A stretch of 64,000 bases of DNA, taken from positions 544,001 to 608,000 of the forward strand of contig CAVPNL010000006.1 in NCBI GenBank assembly GCA_963706575.1. The letters are read 5' to 3'. The position numbers and the translations under genes are program-made. The notes under the pieces are model-generated. The model was not told the DNA's origin, searched no databases, and saw only the letters and a program-made list of their open reading frames with translations. Origin of the DNA: an uncultured delta proteobacterium (GTDB lineage Bacteria; Desulfobacterota; Desulfobacteria; Desulfobacterales; JAHEIW01). Below, one piece after another: positions 49,001 to 59,780 of the stretch. Position 1 is the first letter of the stretch; every line of letters starts with the position of its first letter.

Positions 49001-51280
49001 ATGCCGAATAACCATGCAGCCAAAAAAATTGAAGTCAACGGCATTGTCCAGGGAGTCGGTTTTCGACCCTTTGTTTACAATCTTGCCAATCAGTATGGCT
49101 TAAAAGGCGAGGTGGCCAATACCGCTGCCGGGGTATCGATTCATATCGAAGGACCGCCGGAGTGCATCCGGGGCTTTGAAACAGACCTGACCGCAAAATG
49201 CCCGCCGCTGGCCCATGTGGTCGAAATAGCCGGTCGATCCGAACCGATAAAGCCCTATGCGGATTTCAGGATTGCGAAAAGCAGGGGCCAGGCCCAAATG
49301 TCCACCCTGATCTCACCGGATGTTTCAATTTGTGATGACTGCCTGCGGGAGCTTTTCGATCCCGCTGATCGGCGCTATCTGTATCCGTTTATTAATTGCA
49401 CCAACTGCGGACCGCGCTACACCATCATTGATGACATCCCCTATGACCGGCCCAAAACCTCCATGCGGCATTTTAAGATGTGCGCGGCCTGCCAGTCGGA
49501 ATACGATGACCCCACCAACCGGCGCTTTCATGCCCAGCCGAATGCCTGTGCCGAATGCGGACCGCATGTCCGCCTTTATTCAAATCGCCGGCAACCGATT
49601 GATACTGATAATCCCGTTAAAAATGCGGCCGATCTCATCCGCCGGGGGCAGATTGTTGCTGTCAAAGGGCTTGGCGGATATCACCTGGTGGCTGATGCCG
49701 AAAACAGCGAAGCGGTCATCCGGCTTCGCAACCGTAAGATGCGCGAAGAAAAGCCCTTTGCCATCATGTCCGCCGATCTGGAACGTATTCGAAAATATGC
49801 CCGGGTGCGGCCCGCGGAAGAGAATTTACTGACCTCTATGCAGCGCCCGATTGTATTGCTGCATAAAAAGACAGGCGGCTCCATTTCAGAAGCGGTGGCA
49901 CCCCGCAATAAATACTGGGGTGTAATGTTGCCTTATACGCCGCTGCACTACCTGCTTTTAAATCATGGGTTTGCCGCTCTCGTCATGACCAGCGCGAATC
50001 TGACTGACGAACCCATCGCCATTGATAATGAAGATGCCTTTGAACGCCTCGCCGATATTGCCGATTATTTTTTAGTTCACAACCGCGACATCTATTTGCG
50101 CAGTGATGATTCCATTGTCAGACATAGCGCAGATCATACACGCTATATTCGACGCTCACGGGGGTTTGTGCCGATCCCGCTGTTTTTAAAACGTGCGGTT
50201 CCACCGATTCTTGCCTGCGGCGCCGAGTTGAAAAATACGATCTGCATTACCAAAGATGACAAGGCCTTTTTGAGCCAGCATATCGGGGATCTTGAAAACA
50301 AAATCACGCTGGATTTTTTTCAGCTGACGGTGGACCATTTGCAGCGCATTCTCGAGATTCGGCCTGAAATAATCGCCTGTGATATGCATCCGGACTATCT
50401 GAGCACGCGCTTCGCCAGAGAACAGACAAAAACCCGCCTTATCGAAGTCCAGCACCACCATGCCCACATCGTTAGCTGTATGGCCGAACACCAGCTGGAA
50501 GGCGCGGTCATCGGTCTGTCATTTGACGGCACCGGCTACGGCAGCGACGGCGCCATCTGGGGGGGTGAAGTGCTGGTGGCCGAGGCCAAACAATTTGAAA
50601 GAGTCGCGCATCTGGCATATGTGCCCATGCCGGGCAGCGCCGCTGCCATAAAGGAGCCCTGGCGGATGGCGATCAGTTATCTGTATGATGCCTTCGGCGA
50701 CGCTTTTGGGGATCTGGGTCTTCCGGTCTTAAAACAAAATGATTCGCAAAAATTAAAAATCATGGTGGAAATGATTCAAAAGGGCATCAATTGCCCGCCG
50801 ACCTCGAGCCTGGGGCGCCTGTTTGATGGTGTGGCCGCCATCATCGGTATCCGCAACCAGGTGAATTTCGAAGGACAGGCGGCCATGGAATTGGAAATGC
50901 TGGCAGCGGGTGATACGGATTCAATTTATGACTTTGAATGGCTAACGGGAGATGGCATCCGGATTTTACCGGCACCCATTATTCGCGGCGTTGTACAGGA
51001 TGTTCAAAACGGGCTGTCAATTGCGCAAATCGGCATTAGATTTCACAAAACCCTGATAGCCCTTTTCAGCGAGATATGCGTGGCCGTTGGCCGGGACCAC
51101 GATTTGAATCGAGTCGTGTTAAGCGGGGGATGTTTTCAAAATTCCATCCTGTTAAGCGGCATGATCCATAAGCTGGCATCCCGTGATTTTGAGGTATTCG
51201 CTCACCGGCGGGTTCCCACCAATGACGGGGGCATATCACTTGGGCAAGCCCTCATTGCTGCAGCTATTGCGGAGCAATAG
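49001..51280 (+). CDS. hypF: Carbamoyltransferase HypF
   Basis: GIVQGVGFRPFV, CTNCGPR, RRFHAQPNAC..CGP, QHHHAH, DGTGYG, PTNDGGISLGQ. Confidence 0.97.
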   Translation: MPNNHAAKKIEVNGIVQGVGFRPFVYNLANQYGLKGEVANTAAGVSIHIEGPPECIRGFETDLTAKCPPLAHVVEIAGRSEPIKPYADFRIAKSRGQAQMSTLISPDVSICDDCLRELFDPADRRYLYPFINCTNCGPRYTIIDDIPYDRPKTSMRHFKMCAACQSEYDDPTNRRFHAQPNACAECGPHVRLYSNRRQPIDTDNPVKNAADLIRRGQIVAVKGLGGYHLVADAENSEAVIRLRNRKMREEKPFAIMSADLERIRKYARVRPAEENLLTSMQRPIVLLHKKTGGSISEAVAPRNKYWGVMLPYTPLHYLLLNHGFAALVMTSANLTDEPIAIDNEDAFERLADIADYFLVHNRDIYLRSDDSIVRHSADHTRYIRRSRGFVPIPLFLKRAVPPILACGAELKNTICITKDDKAFLSQHIGDLENKITLDFFQLTVDHLQRILEIRPEIIACDMHPDYLSTRFAREQTKTRLIEVQHHHAHIVSCMAEHQLEGAVIGLSFDGTGYGSDGAIWGGEVLVAEAKQFERVAHLAYVPMPGSAAAIKEPWRMAISYLYDAFGDAFGDLGLPVLKQNDSQKLKIMVEMIQKGINCPPTSSLGRLFDGVAAIIGIRNQVNFEGQAAMELEMLAAGDTDSIYDFEWLTGDGIRILPAPIIRGVVQDVQNGLSIAQIGIRFHKTLIALFSEICVAVGRDHDLNRVVLSGGCFQNSILLSGMIHKLASRDFEVFAHRRVPTNDGGISLGQALIAAAIAEQ

Positions 51281-51287
51281 CAGCAGG

Positions 51288-51355
51288 AGCCCGCAGGGCT
51301 GCTCTTGAAGCGCAGCGCTCCTATAGGCCTGCAAGGCCGCTCTTAAAGCGAAACG
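51288..51355. repeat. GAGC 9-mer/hairpin array (third copy)
   Basis: Minus strand: TTTAAGAGC-GGCCTTGCAGGCC-TATAGGAGC-GCTGCGC-TTCAAGAGC-AGCCCTGCGGGCT. Confidence 0.7.
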
Positions 51356-51392
51356 TTTTTACTGAGCGCTCAAATTTCCGGAGGAAATTTTT

Positions 51393-52484
51393 ATGACCCT
51401 AAAACACATCGATGAGTACCGAGATTCGGAGATATCTAAACAATTAATCGAAAAGATCAAATCCACCAGCAAAAAGGATCTCCGTTTGATGGAAGTTTGC
51501 GGTACGCATACGGTTTCCATTTTTAGAAGCGGGATCCGTTCGGTGTTGCCGCAGACCATTTCACTGCTTTCCGGACCGGGCTGCCCGGTGTGCGTGACCG
51601 ACCAGGCCGAGGTTGACGCCTTTATTGAGCTTGCGCGCATCGATGATGTGATTATTGCGACTTTTGGCGACTTAATGCGCGTGCCCGGCACCAAGTCTTC
51701 TCTGCAAAAGGAAAGTGCCGCAGGCCGGGATATCCGGGTGGTTTACTCAACTTTTGACGCCCTTGAAATCGCCAAGAAAAATCCCGCTAAAAAGGTCGTA
51801 TTTCTCGGTATCGGGTTTGAGACCACCGCTCCCACCATAGCGGCCGCCATTTTATCGGCCGCCCAGATGGACCTAAACAATTTTTCGGTGATTTCCGCTC
51901 ATAAATTGGTCCCCCCGGCGTTGCAGGCGCTGATGGCGTCGGAGGACGTCAGGATTGACGGCTTTATCTTGCCCGGCCATGTTTCAGTAATCATTGGATT
52001 GAACGCTTACCGGCCTTTTTTTGATCAACATCAAATCCCCTGTGTCGTTGCGGGGTTTGAGCCCATCGACATTTTGCAGGCCATATCCATGCTGGTTGAA
52101 ATGCTGGAATCCGGCAGCCCGGCCCTGGACAATGCCTATCCAAGAGCAGTGACACCCGAGGGGAATACCAAGGCGCAGCAAATCCTGGATGAGATTTTTG
52201 AACCGGCCGATGCCTGCTGGCGGGGCATCGGTGTGATTCCGCAAAGCGGCTTAAAGATTCGTGAAAAATATGCCGCCCATGACGCCCAAAAATTATTTGA
52301 TGTTCAGGTACCGGATGCCAAAACGCCGCAAGGCTGTGCCTGCGGTGAAATTCTCATCGGCACCAAAACACCACCGCAGTGCGCGCTATACAAAAAAGCC
52401 TGCACACCGATGGACCCGGTGGGGCCCTGCATGGTCTCAACCGAGGGAACGTGTGCGGCGTATTATAAGTATCACAGCGATTGA
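51393..52484 (+). CDS. hypD: Hydrogenase maturation protein HypD
   Basis: MEVCGTHT, GPGCPVCV, GFETTAP, PGHVS, GPCMVSTEGTCAA. Confidence 0.97.
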   Translation: MTLKHIDEYRDSEISKQLIEKIKSTSKKDLRLMEVCGTHTVSIFRSGIRSVLPQTISLLSGPGCPVCVTDQAEVDAFIELARIDDVIIATFGDLMRVPGTKSSLQKESAAGRDIRVVYSTFDALEIAKKNPAKKVVFLGIGFETTAPTIAAAILSAAQMDLNNFSVISAHKLVPPALQALMASEDVRIDGFILPGHVSVIIGLNAYRPFFDQHQIPCVVAGFEPIDILQAISMLVEMLESGSPALDNAYPRAVTPEGNTKAQQILDEIFEPADACWRGIGVIPQSGLKIREKYAAHDAQKLFDVQVPDAKTPQGCACGEILIGTKTPPQCALYKKACTPMDPVGPCMVSTEGTCAAYYKYHSD

Positions 52485-52585
52485 ACAAAAAAGTAATGAG
52501 TGCTGAGGACTGGGCATTTAGGGCAACGCGTATAGGCATGGCGTATGGGGCATGGGGCATGGAGCAAGGCGCATAGGGTTCAGAA

Positions 52586-52683
52586 GTAGGGCCGGCCTCC
52601 GTGCCGGCCGAGAAACGGCGGCCACAGAGGGCCGCCCTACTTTCCCTCTCCCTTTGACGGGAGAGGGTCCAGGGTGAGGGTGA
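52586..52683. repeat. REP doublet plus CCCTCTCCC...GGGAGAGGG..GGGTGAGGG palindromic repeat
   Basis: 52586-52640 nearly identical to 10318-10372; followed by a purine/pyrimidine-biased hairpin. Confidence 0.8.
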
Positions 52684-52735
52684 ACTAAAAAAAAGAAAAC
52701 CACAGACAACGGACCACGAACGACGGGCAATTGAT

Positions 52736-53752
52736 ATGACAACAGATAAAATTTTACTGGATCACGGCAGCGGCGGCAAGATCTCCCATAGCCTCACCAA
52801 AGACATGATGCTGCCGGTATTTGATAACGACATACTGGCGGCGCTCAATGATGGGGCCATCTTTGAGCTGGCGGGCAGGCGGCTTGCTTTTTCAACCGAT
52901 TCATACACGGTGGATCCCATTTTTTTCCCGGGCGGAAATATCGGTGACCTGGCGATCAACGGAACGGTTAATGATATTGCCATGTGCGGGGCCATTCCGC
53001 TATATTTGAGCGTCGGACTCATTATTGAAGAAGGCCTGTCCATGACGGATCTTGAAACCATTATCAACGATATGGGCCGGGCTGCCGAAGCTGCGGGAGT
53101 TACTGTCGTTACCGGGGATACCAAGGTGGTCCCCAGAGGAACTGCCGACCGGATTTTTATCAATACCTCAGGGATCGGTTTGATTCCGCAAGACGTGCAT
53201 GTGGCCAGCGACAATGCCAGAGCCGGCGATAAAATTATTTTAAGTGGAACCATTGCCGATCACGGGATTACGATATTAACCCAGCGTGAAGGGCTTTCCT
53301 TTGAGACATCGCTGCAGAGCGATTCGGCACCCTTGAACCACATGATCAAAAAGATGTTTGCGGCCACTGCTGCCGGAGACATTCATGTTTTACGGGATCC
53401 GACCCGCGGTGGTGTCGGCACGGCGCTAAATGAGATCGCTGAAAAATCTGAAATCGGTATCGAGATCATTGAAGATAAAATTCCGCTAAAGGACGAGGTG
53501 GCGGGAGCCTGTGAATTGCTGGGGTTTGATCCCCTTTATCTGGCGAATGAAGGCAAGCTCCTGGCATTTGTGTCGCCCGATTGTACCGCTGCGGTTTTGA
53601 AAGCAATCCAATCCGACCCTTACGGCAAGGATGCCGCGGTTATCGGCCAGGTGGTAGATGATTCTCCCGGCAAGGTCTTTTTGAAAACACGCATCGGCGG
53701 CAAACGGATTGTGGATATGTTGGCGGGCGAGCAGCTCCCTCGAATCTGCTAA
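52736..53752 (+). CDS. hypE: Hydrogenase maturation protein HypE
   Basis: HGSGG, TDSYTVDP.FFPGG, GDTKVV, RDPTRGG, ANEG, C-terminal LPRIC. Confidence 0.97.
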   Translation: MTTDKILLDHGSGGKISHSLTKDMMLPVFDNDILAALNDGAIFELAGRRLAFSTDSYTVDPIFFPGGNIGDLAINGTVNDIAMCGAIPLYLSVGLIIEEGLSMTDLETIINDMGRAAEAAGVTVVTGDTKVVPRGTADRIFINTSGIGLIPQDVHVASDNARAGDKIILSGTIADHGITILTQREGLSFETSLQSDSAPLNHMIKKMFAATAAGDIHVLRDPTRGGVGTALNEIAEKSEIGIEIIEDKIPLKDEVAGACELLGFDPLYLANEGKLLAFVSPDCTAAVLKAIQSDPYGKDAAVIGQVVDDSPGKVFLKTRIGGKRIVDMLAGEQLPRIC

Positions 53753-53804
53753 AAGCAGCATAGCGCAAAGGGCATAGCGCATAGCGTCATGCGGTGTGAA
53801 CGCG

Positions 53805-54818
53805 ATGAATAAATTTTTATCCATTATTTTGGTGTTGGTGACTTTAGTACTTCCGACCTCCTCTGATGCTAACCGTGAGCACCTGATTGCGGGTCGGACG
53901 ATGGGCACGACCTATCACATTCAGGTGGTCACCGATGCCGCGGAAAAGGTTAATGGCCTCAAAGAAAAAATTGATCGTCGGTTGGATGCGATCAATCAGG
54001 TTTTTTCCACCTATATCAAGGACAGCGAAATCAGCCGCTTTAATGCATTCGGGGTGGCCGGAGAAAAATTTGCGGTTTCCGATGATTTTATGCAGGTCAT
54101 GCGGGCTGCCGGCAGGATTTACCGGCTTTCTGAAGGCGCCTGGGACGGCAGCGTGCACTCACTGGTTGATTTATGGGGCTTTGGGCCGACGCAACGGCAA
54201 CCCCAAAAGCCTCCGGCAGCTGAAATTAAAGCCCTGATGCAAACTATCGGATTTGACCGCATTCGAGTCGCGGAGCCGAATTTTCTGGTGAAGAATCTGG
54301 CCTCGGTTACCCTTGATCTAAATTCCATTGCCAAAGGTTTTGCGGTGGATCAGGTTTCCAAGCTGGCAGCCGCCGCCGGGTTTACAAATTATCTGGTTGA
54401 AATCGGCGGTGAGGTTTACGCCGCCGGTGTTCGTACCGACGGTCAAAATTGGCGGGTGGGCATCAATCGGCCGCAGAAAGATGCGGCTTTCAACGAGGTG
54501 TATAAAGCGGTATCGATTGCCAACCAGGCCTTTGCCACCAGCGGTGATTACAGGAATTTTTTCGAGATCGACGGTGTGCGCTACTCCCACGTGATTGACC
54601 CGCGCAGCGGCTACCCGGTTTCAAACGGCGTGGTCAGTGTTTCCGTTATTGCCGACAACTGCACCCTGGCGGACGGCCTGGCAACCGCCGTCATGGTCAT
54701 GGGAACTGAAAAAGGCATTCAACTGGTGAACCGGTTAGACAACGTCGAATGCTTCATCGTCGTTGAAAAATCAGACGGCCGCCTCCTCGATTTTTACTCC
54801 CCAGGGTTTGCCCGCTAG
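53805..54818 (+). CDS. apbE: FAD:protein FMN transferase (ApbE family)
   Basis: GRTMGTTY, SEISRFN, LDLNSIAKGFAVD, EIGGE, ATSGDYRN, SHVIDPR, ADGLATA. Confidence 0.93.
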   Translation: MNKFLSIILVLVTLVLPTSSDANREHLIAGRTMGTTYHIQVVTDAAEKVNGLKEKIDRRLDAINQVFSTYIKDSEISRFNAFGVAGEKFAVSDDFMQVMRAAGRIYRLSEGAWDGSVHSLVDLWGFGPTQRQPQKPPAAEIKALMQTIGFDRIRVAEPNFLVKNLASVTLDLNSIAKGFAVDQVSKLAAAAGFTNYLVEIGGEVYAAGVRTDGQNWRVGINRPQKDAAFNEVYKAVSIANQAFATSGDYRNFFEIDGVRYSHVIDPRSGYPVSNGVVSVSVIADNCTLADGLATAVMVMGTEKGIQLVNRLDNVECFIVVEKSDGRLLDFYSPGFAR

Positions 54819-54949
54819 AATTAATTCCATTTTTTCGATTTGACATCATTCACTATTCGGAATATTACTGTATCTCAATTTTCTTCTCTTCCCTACATAT
54901 CGTCCTTGAGTTGCCATGACCGTATAGCTGTTGAACATTGCGAAAGGGT

Positions 54950-57900
54950 ATGACGATGCGCTTCTCTTTTAAGCAGATGTTGGAATGGACACTTCGCAAA
55001 CCTTTAGTTGTTATTTCGATCATCCTGGCAATTACGCTTTTTTTCGCATGGCAGATCCGCCATCTTTCCTTTAAAACCTCCATCTATGATCTTCAGATTG
55101 AAAATCTTCCTGAAACGGCCCGCTATGAGGATTTTAAAAAGCTGTTCGGCTCGGATGAGATTATCCGGGTGGTCGTCAAGGCTGAAAATGTTTTTGATTC
55201 GCTGACCTTTCGCAAAATCGAGCAGCTGGCTGAAAAGGCTGCTCAAATCGACGGCATCAGGCGGGTGATCAGTCTCCCGGGCATAAAGAAATCCGTGGAC
55301 GTAGCCGGCAGTTGGGATATGGAAAAATTTTCTGCCGTCGTCACCGGGGCCGATTTATTCCAGGACAACCTCTTTTCAGCCGACGGCAAGACCACAGCGC
55401 TCACCCTGGTGTTAAAAAATGAGGCCAATCCTGATGATGTGATTCAGCGTGTGCGAAAGTTGATCGCCGATACATCCAAAGATCTGACCCTGTATCAGAT
55501 CGGCATGCCACTGGTTTCAGAGGCGCTGGCCGAATTTACCGCCAAAGATTTCTCACGGTTACCGCCGATAACCCTTGTGCTGATTACGATTATCCTATTT
55601 TGCCTGTTCCGCAAGCTGCGCTATATCCTGATCCCGCTGACCTGTGTGGGGCTGGCGTTGATATGGACATTCGGTCTCATGGCGTTGCTGCGTGTCCCGC
55701 TTTCCATGTTAACGATGATAGTCCCGGTTTTTCTGATCGCAGTCGGGACGGCCTATTGTCTCCATATTGTTTCTGAGTACATTGCCTGCTCAAATCGAGC
55801 CGATTCACCTGCGGATGTGACCGCCCTCACGTTTTCCTATATCGCTTTTCCCACCGTTCTGGCTGTTTTGACGACCATTATTGGTCTGGGCTCTCTGCTG
55901 GTCAACCGCATTACCATGATTCGAGAGTTTGCCCTTTTTTCAAGCTTCGGCATGATCAGCATTTTGACGATCGTTCTTACGTTTCTTCCGGCGGTGTTAT
56001 CGCTTGTTCCTATTTCTTCCAAAAAGCAAAACGGCGACATTGGCTCACCACCGCTCTTCCAGCGATATATCGACAAAATCGTAGAGCTCAACTTAAAGCA
56101 TCAAAAGATTACCTTACCGGTTATCGGCGTTCTGGTTGTGATTTGTCTGATCGGCATCTTCCGCATCCGGGTCGAAACAAATCCTGTCGGATATTTCAAG
56201 GAGGACACACAGGTTAAACGCAACTTTAACGACATTTATCAACATCTATCAGGGAGCTTTCCGATCAATGTTGTGATGGGAAATCCGGAAGCCAACTATT
56301 TCGAAGATCCTGCCCATCTGGCGGAGATCGTTCGCCTGCAAGCTTTCCTGGAAAAGTTGCCCGGCGTGGATAAAACGGTCTCCTTTGCCGATTATTTGAA
56401 ACTGGTCAATTATGCCCTCAATCAATTTGAGCAACAGCATTATGTTCTGCCGCAGGAGGGATTTGAAGTCAGGATGGCCATTAATAATTTTACCACCATG
56501 CTCGGCCAGGACATGCTGACGCGCTTTATGAGTCCCGATTTTTCAAAGACAAACATCCTGCTGCTGACCCACATATCCAGCTCAAAAGATTTTGTTGGGG
56601 TCCGCGACGAAATATTGGCCCACGTCAAAGCGGAATTTTCAAAGGATCTGGTCTGGGATGTCACCGGCCTGGGGATGGCGATTTCCGCCAGCAGCGAGCT
56701 TTTAACCGCAGGTCAGATCAAAAGCCTTGCGATTACGGTGGCGTTGGTCTTTGGAATCATGTTTGCCTTGTTTTTGTCGGTCAAAGTGGGGCTGATTGCG
56801 ATCGTTCCCAATATTTTTCCAATCATTATTAATTTCGGAATCATGGGCTGGTTCGGCATAGAGCTTTCCATGGTAACCAGCCTTATTGCCAGTATCGCTA
56901 TCGGACTGGCCGTGGATGATACCATTCATTACCTGGTGCGCTATAACCGGGAATTTAAGACGGACTTAGATGAAAAACGGGCGATCCGAGCCACACTGAC
57001 CCATGTTGGCAAACCGATTACTTTTACCACGATTACCATTTGTGTGGGGTTTTCCGTCCTGCTGTTTTCCAGTTTCAAGCCAACCGCCATTTTTGGTGTC
57101 ATGATGGTGATCACATCGTTGTCGGCGCTGATTGGCGATTTGATTGTGCTGCCATCCCTGATACAGCATGTCGAAGTGGTGACCCTGTGGGATTTGTTGC
57201 GCTTAAAGCTTGGCAAGGAGCCTCCCGAGGGCATACCGCTTTTTAAAGGCTTGTCGCACACTCAGGTTCATTACATCATTATGGCCGGATCACTTATCGA
57301 AATTGAAGCCGGCAAGATTCTGTTTCATAAAGGGGAGCCCAGCGATTCGATGTATGCCATCGTGTCCGGGACTCTTGATGTTCTGGATCCTGACAGTGAT
57401 GACGCATCCGATCGAGAGCTCGGTGGCCATAAACTCATCAATCAAATAAAAACCGGTGATGTTTTAGGTGAGATGGGCTTTCTGCGATCGGTGCCGCGGT
57501 CGGCAACCGTCATCGCAACCCAACCGGTTGAACTTTTAAAAATAAATTGGAAAATGATCAAACGCCTGCAGTGGCTGTATCCACCGACGGCCCAAAGATT
57601 TTTATTTAATCTGATGACCCTTATCTGTGACCGACTCGAAAACCTTACCGAACGCTTTTCTGAAATTAAAATTTTTGATGATTCCACCGGTTTGTATAAC
57701 AGAGAAAATTTCCTGAAAATTTTAGACTCCGAAATGAAGCGGTCACGGCGCTACCATACGGATTTGGCGCTCGGTTTCATGAAGTTTGAATTTGATGGCG
57801 CCAATCCGGATCTTAGCGATTTGGCAAAAGAGCGGATTCTTCGCGAGTTGGGTCAATCGTTTTCAAAGGCGATCCGCGACTGCGATACCCTGAGTCGATT

Positions 57901-58126
57901 CGACAATCAAACCTTTGCCCTGCTGATGCCGCATTCATCGACCGCTGATGCACAACTTCTTTGTAATCGGCTAAAAGGTCTTTTTGAAGAAAAATGCGAT
58001 GAGGCCCGGGGGATGCCGGTGAAACTAACCTTTGGGTTGGCCGATTTTGTAAGGGAGAAGGATGAAGGCGGGTCCGACTTGCTTGCCAGGGCCACGTCAC
58101 TTTTAAAAAATGCAGAAGAAGTATGA
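54950..58126 (+). CDS. MMPL/RND membrane protein fused to cNMP-binding and degenerate GGDEF domains
   Basis: RND halves paralogous to 40017-42989; LFHKGEPSDSMY..GDVLGEMGFL...PRSATV; DDSTGLYNR...SRFDNQTF (GGDEF replaced). Confidence 0.88.
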   Translation: MTMRFSFKQMLEWTLRKPLVVISIILAITLFFAWQIRHLSFKTSIYDLQIENLPETARYEDFKKLFGSDEIIRVVVKAENVFDSLTFRKIEQLAEKAAQIDGIRRVISLPGIKKSVDVAGSWDMEKFSAVVTGADLFQDNLFSADGKTTALTLVLKNEANPDDVIQRVRKLIADTSKDLTLYQIGMPLVSEALAEFTAKDFSRLPPITLVLITIILFCLFRKLRYILIPLTCVGLALIWTFGLMALLRVPLSMLTMIVPVFLIAVGTAYCLHIVSEYIACSNRADSPADVTALTFSYIAFPTVLAVLTTIIGLGSLLVNRITMIREFALFSSFGMISILTIVLTFLPAVLSLVPISSKKQNGDIGSPPLFQRYIDKIVELNLKHQKITLPVIGVLVVICLIGIFRIRVETNPVGYFKEDTQVKRNFNDIYQHLSGSFPINVVMGNPEANYFEDPAHLAEIVRLQAFLEKLPGVDKTVSFADYLKLVNYALNQFEQQHYVLPQEGFEVRMAINNFTTMLGQDMLTRFMSPDFSKTNILLLTHISSSKDFVGVRDEILAHVKAEFSKDLVWDVTGLGMAISASSELLTAGQIKSLAITVALVFGIMFALFLSVKVGLIAIVPNIFPIIINFGIMGWFGIELSMVTSLIASIAIGLAVDDTIHYLVRYNREFKTDLDEKRAIRATLTHVGKPITFTTITICVGFSVLLFSSFKPTAIFGVMMVITSLSALIGDLIVLPSLIQHVEVVTLWDLLRLKLGKEPPEGIPLFKGLSHTQVHYIIMAGSLIEIEAGKILFHKGEPSDSMYAIVSGTLDVLDPDSDDASDRELGGHKLINQIKTGDVLGEMGFLRSVPRSATVIATQPVELLKINWKMIKRLQWLYPPTAQRFLFNLMTLICDRLENLTERFSEIKIFDDSTGLYNRENFLKILDSEMKRSRRYHTDLALGFMKFEFDGANPDLSDLAKERILRELGQSFSKAIRDCDTLSRFDNQTFALLMPHSSTADAQLLCNRLKGLFEEKCDEARGMPVKLTFGLADFVREKDEGGSDLLARATSLLKNAEEV

Positions 58127-58169
58127 CCCCCGGGTCTGATAAAGGGCTGGCGTTCCTTGGCGGCTCTAT

Positions 58170-59549
58170 CTACAGGAATTTCAAAACCACCAGTGTGATA
58201 TCATCTTCCTGGTGGGCTTCTCCCCGAAAAGCCGTAACCGCATCGATGATTGCCAGGCGGATGCCTTCAGCGCCTAAATCGGCGTAGCGGCGAATAACTT
58301 CTTTTAGCCGGCCCCGCCCGAACATTTCCCCGTTTTTATTGTGGGCTTCCAGCACGCCGTCTGTGGTCAAAACCAGGATCTGTCCGGGCCTGACCGTTTT
58401 GGTACAATCCTGGTACTGCCAGCTTTCTTCAACTCCCAGCGGGAGGCCTTGACCCTCGAGTTTCTCAAAATGGTCCTCATCAGGGGAATACAGCAGTGCC
58501 GGATCATGGCCTGCTCGGACCCAGGTGATCCGGCCGGTCTGCGCTTCCACGACCATGAAGAAAAGGGTCATGAATTGATTGGTTTCGATGGTATCGGCTG
58601 AGACCAGCCGATTGACGTCGGTGATTATATCGGCCACCGAGCCTGTCTGGGTCACCCGGCCCCTGAGGTAAGCTCTAACGCCGGCCATGAGCAAAGCCGA
58701 TGAGATGCCGTGACCGCTGACGTCGCCCACCACAATTGCGTAAGTATCGGGCCCCAGGCGAGGTAATTCAATATAATCAAAGTAGTCCCCGCCGGTTTCA
58801 TCGCAGTACAGGCTGCTGCCGGCCATGTCGAAGCGTTCTTCCCTGGGTGGACGCTGCGGCAAAAGGCTTTGTTGCACCTCCTGGGCGACGTTCAAAGCGG
58901 CGATGATCTGCTCCAGGTGTTTGCTGTATTTGGCTACCTTTTTCATAGCCGCCTGAAGCTCGACAACGGTTTTTTCAAGTTGCTGACTTTTTTCGAGCAG
59001 GTCTTTGTTAAGCTGATTAATTTCCTCGAAAGCACCGGCGTTTTGCAAGGCGATGATCATGGTGTTCGTCAGGGTGATCAGAAGCTTTTTCTCATCTTCG
59101 GTGTATGGATCGTCTATGATTTTGGATCCCAGGCACATCATGCCGGCACTGCTTTTGTCAATATTGAAGGGCACCGCACATGCGACCTCATCAGGCAATC
59201 TTCCCGGGTCTTTGCTCTTAATCTCTTCTACTGTCGGGTTTGTGATTTCTCTGAGAAGTAGAATTTCTTTGGCACGATCTTCCAATTGCGCAAGATCGAT
59301 GTTGTGAAAGCCGTTCGACACGAAGTGAACGGTTTCTTTGGAATTCAAATTGATGATCAGGATGAAGCCTTCGACAACGCCGAAGTTGCCCATGGTCATC
59401 AGAAGAAAATTTTGCAGGATGCTTGCGGTGTCGAGTGTGCCGAATAAATCTTTACTGATGTCAAACAGCGTGCCGAGATAATAGCTTCGCAGCTCCAGTT
59501 CATCCCGACTGGTTTCGATGCCTTTAGAATCCTGGCTGCCGCTTTCCAT
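58170..59549 (-). CDS. GAF-like + SpoIIE/RsbU PP2C-type phosphatase
   Basis: AQEVQQSLLP, GGDYFD, GDVSGHG, RAGH, TDGVLEA, DDITLVV. Confidence 0.9.
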   Translation of the reverse strand: MESGSQDSKGIETSRDELELRSYYLGTLFDISKDLFGTLDTASILQNFLLMTMGNFGVVEGFILIINLNSKETVHFVSNGFHNIDLAQLEDRAKEILLLREITNPTVEEIKSKDPGRLPDEVACAVPFNIDKSSAGMMCLGSKIIDDPYTEDEKKLLITLTNTMIIALQNAGAFEEINQLNKDLLEKSQQLEKTVVELQAAMKKVAKYSKHLEQIIAALNVAQEVQQSLLPQRPPREERFDMAGSSLYCDETGGDYFDYIELPRLGPDTYAIVVGDVSGHGISSALLMAGVRAYLRGRVTQTGSVADIITDVNRLVSADTIETNQFMTLFFMVVEAQTGRITWVRAGHDPALLYSPDEDHFEKLEGQGLPLGVEESWQYQDCTKTVRPGQILVLTTDGVLEAHNKNGEMFGRGRLKEVIRRYADLGAEGIRLAIIDAVTAFRGEAHQEDDITLVVLKFL

Positions 59550-59780
59550 GATGCTTTATTCTTTTGATAAAGGTTCAGCGTTTGAAAGATTGTTCATTGA
59601 TCAGGGAACATAAAAAGCGCTTTTAAGTCAAGAGAAAAATGAGCGGCACGATATCCGACAAAACAACTTATTCTGCTCTTGTCTTGACAATTCCTGGACA
59701 AAAAAATAGGTAATTTCATACATGAATATTTTAAATAAAATGCCGTCGGATCAAAATTTTCAATGCCCGAGGATACCACC

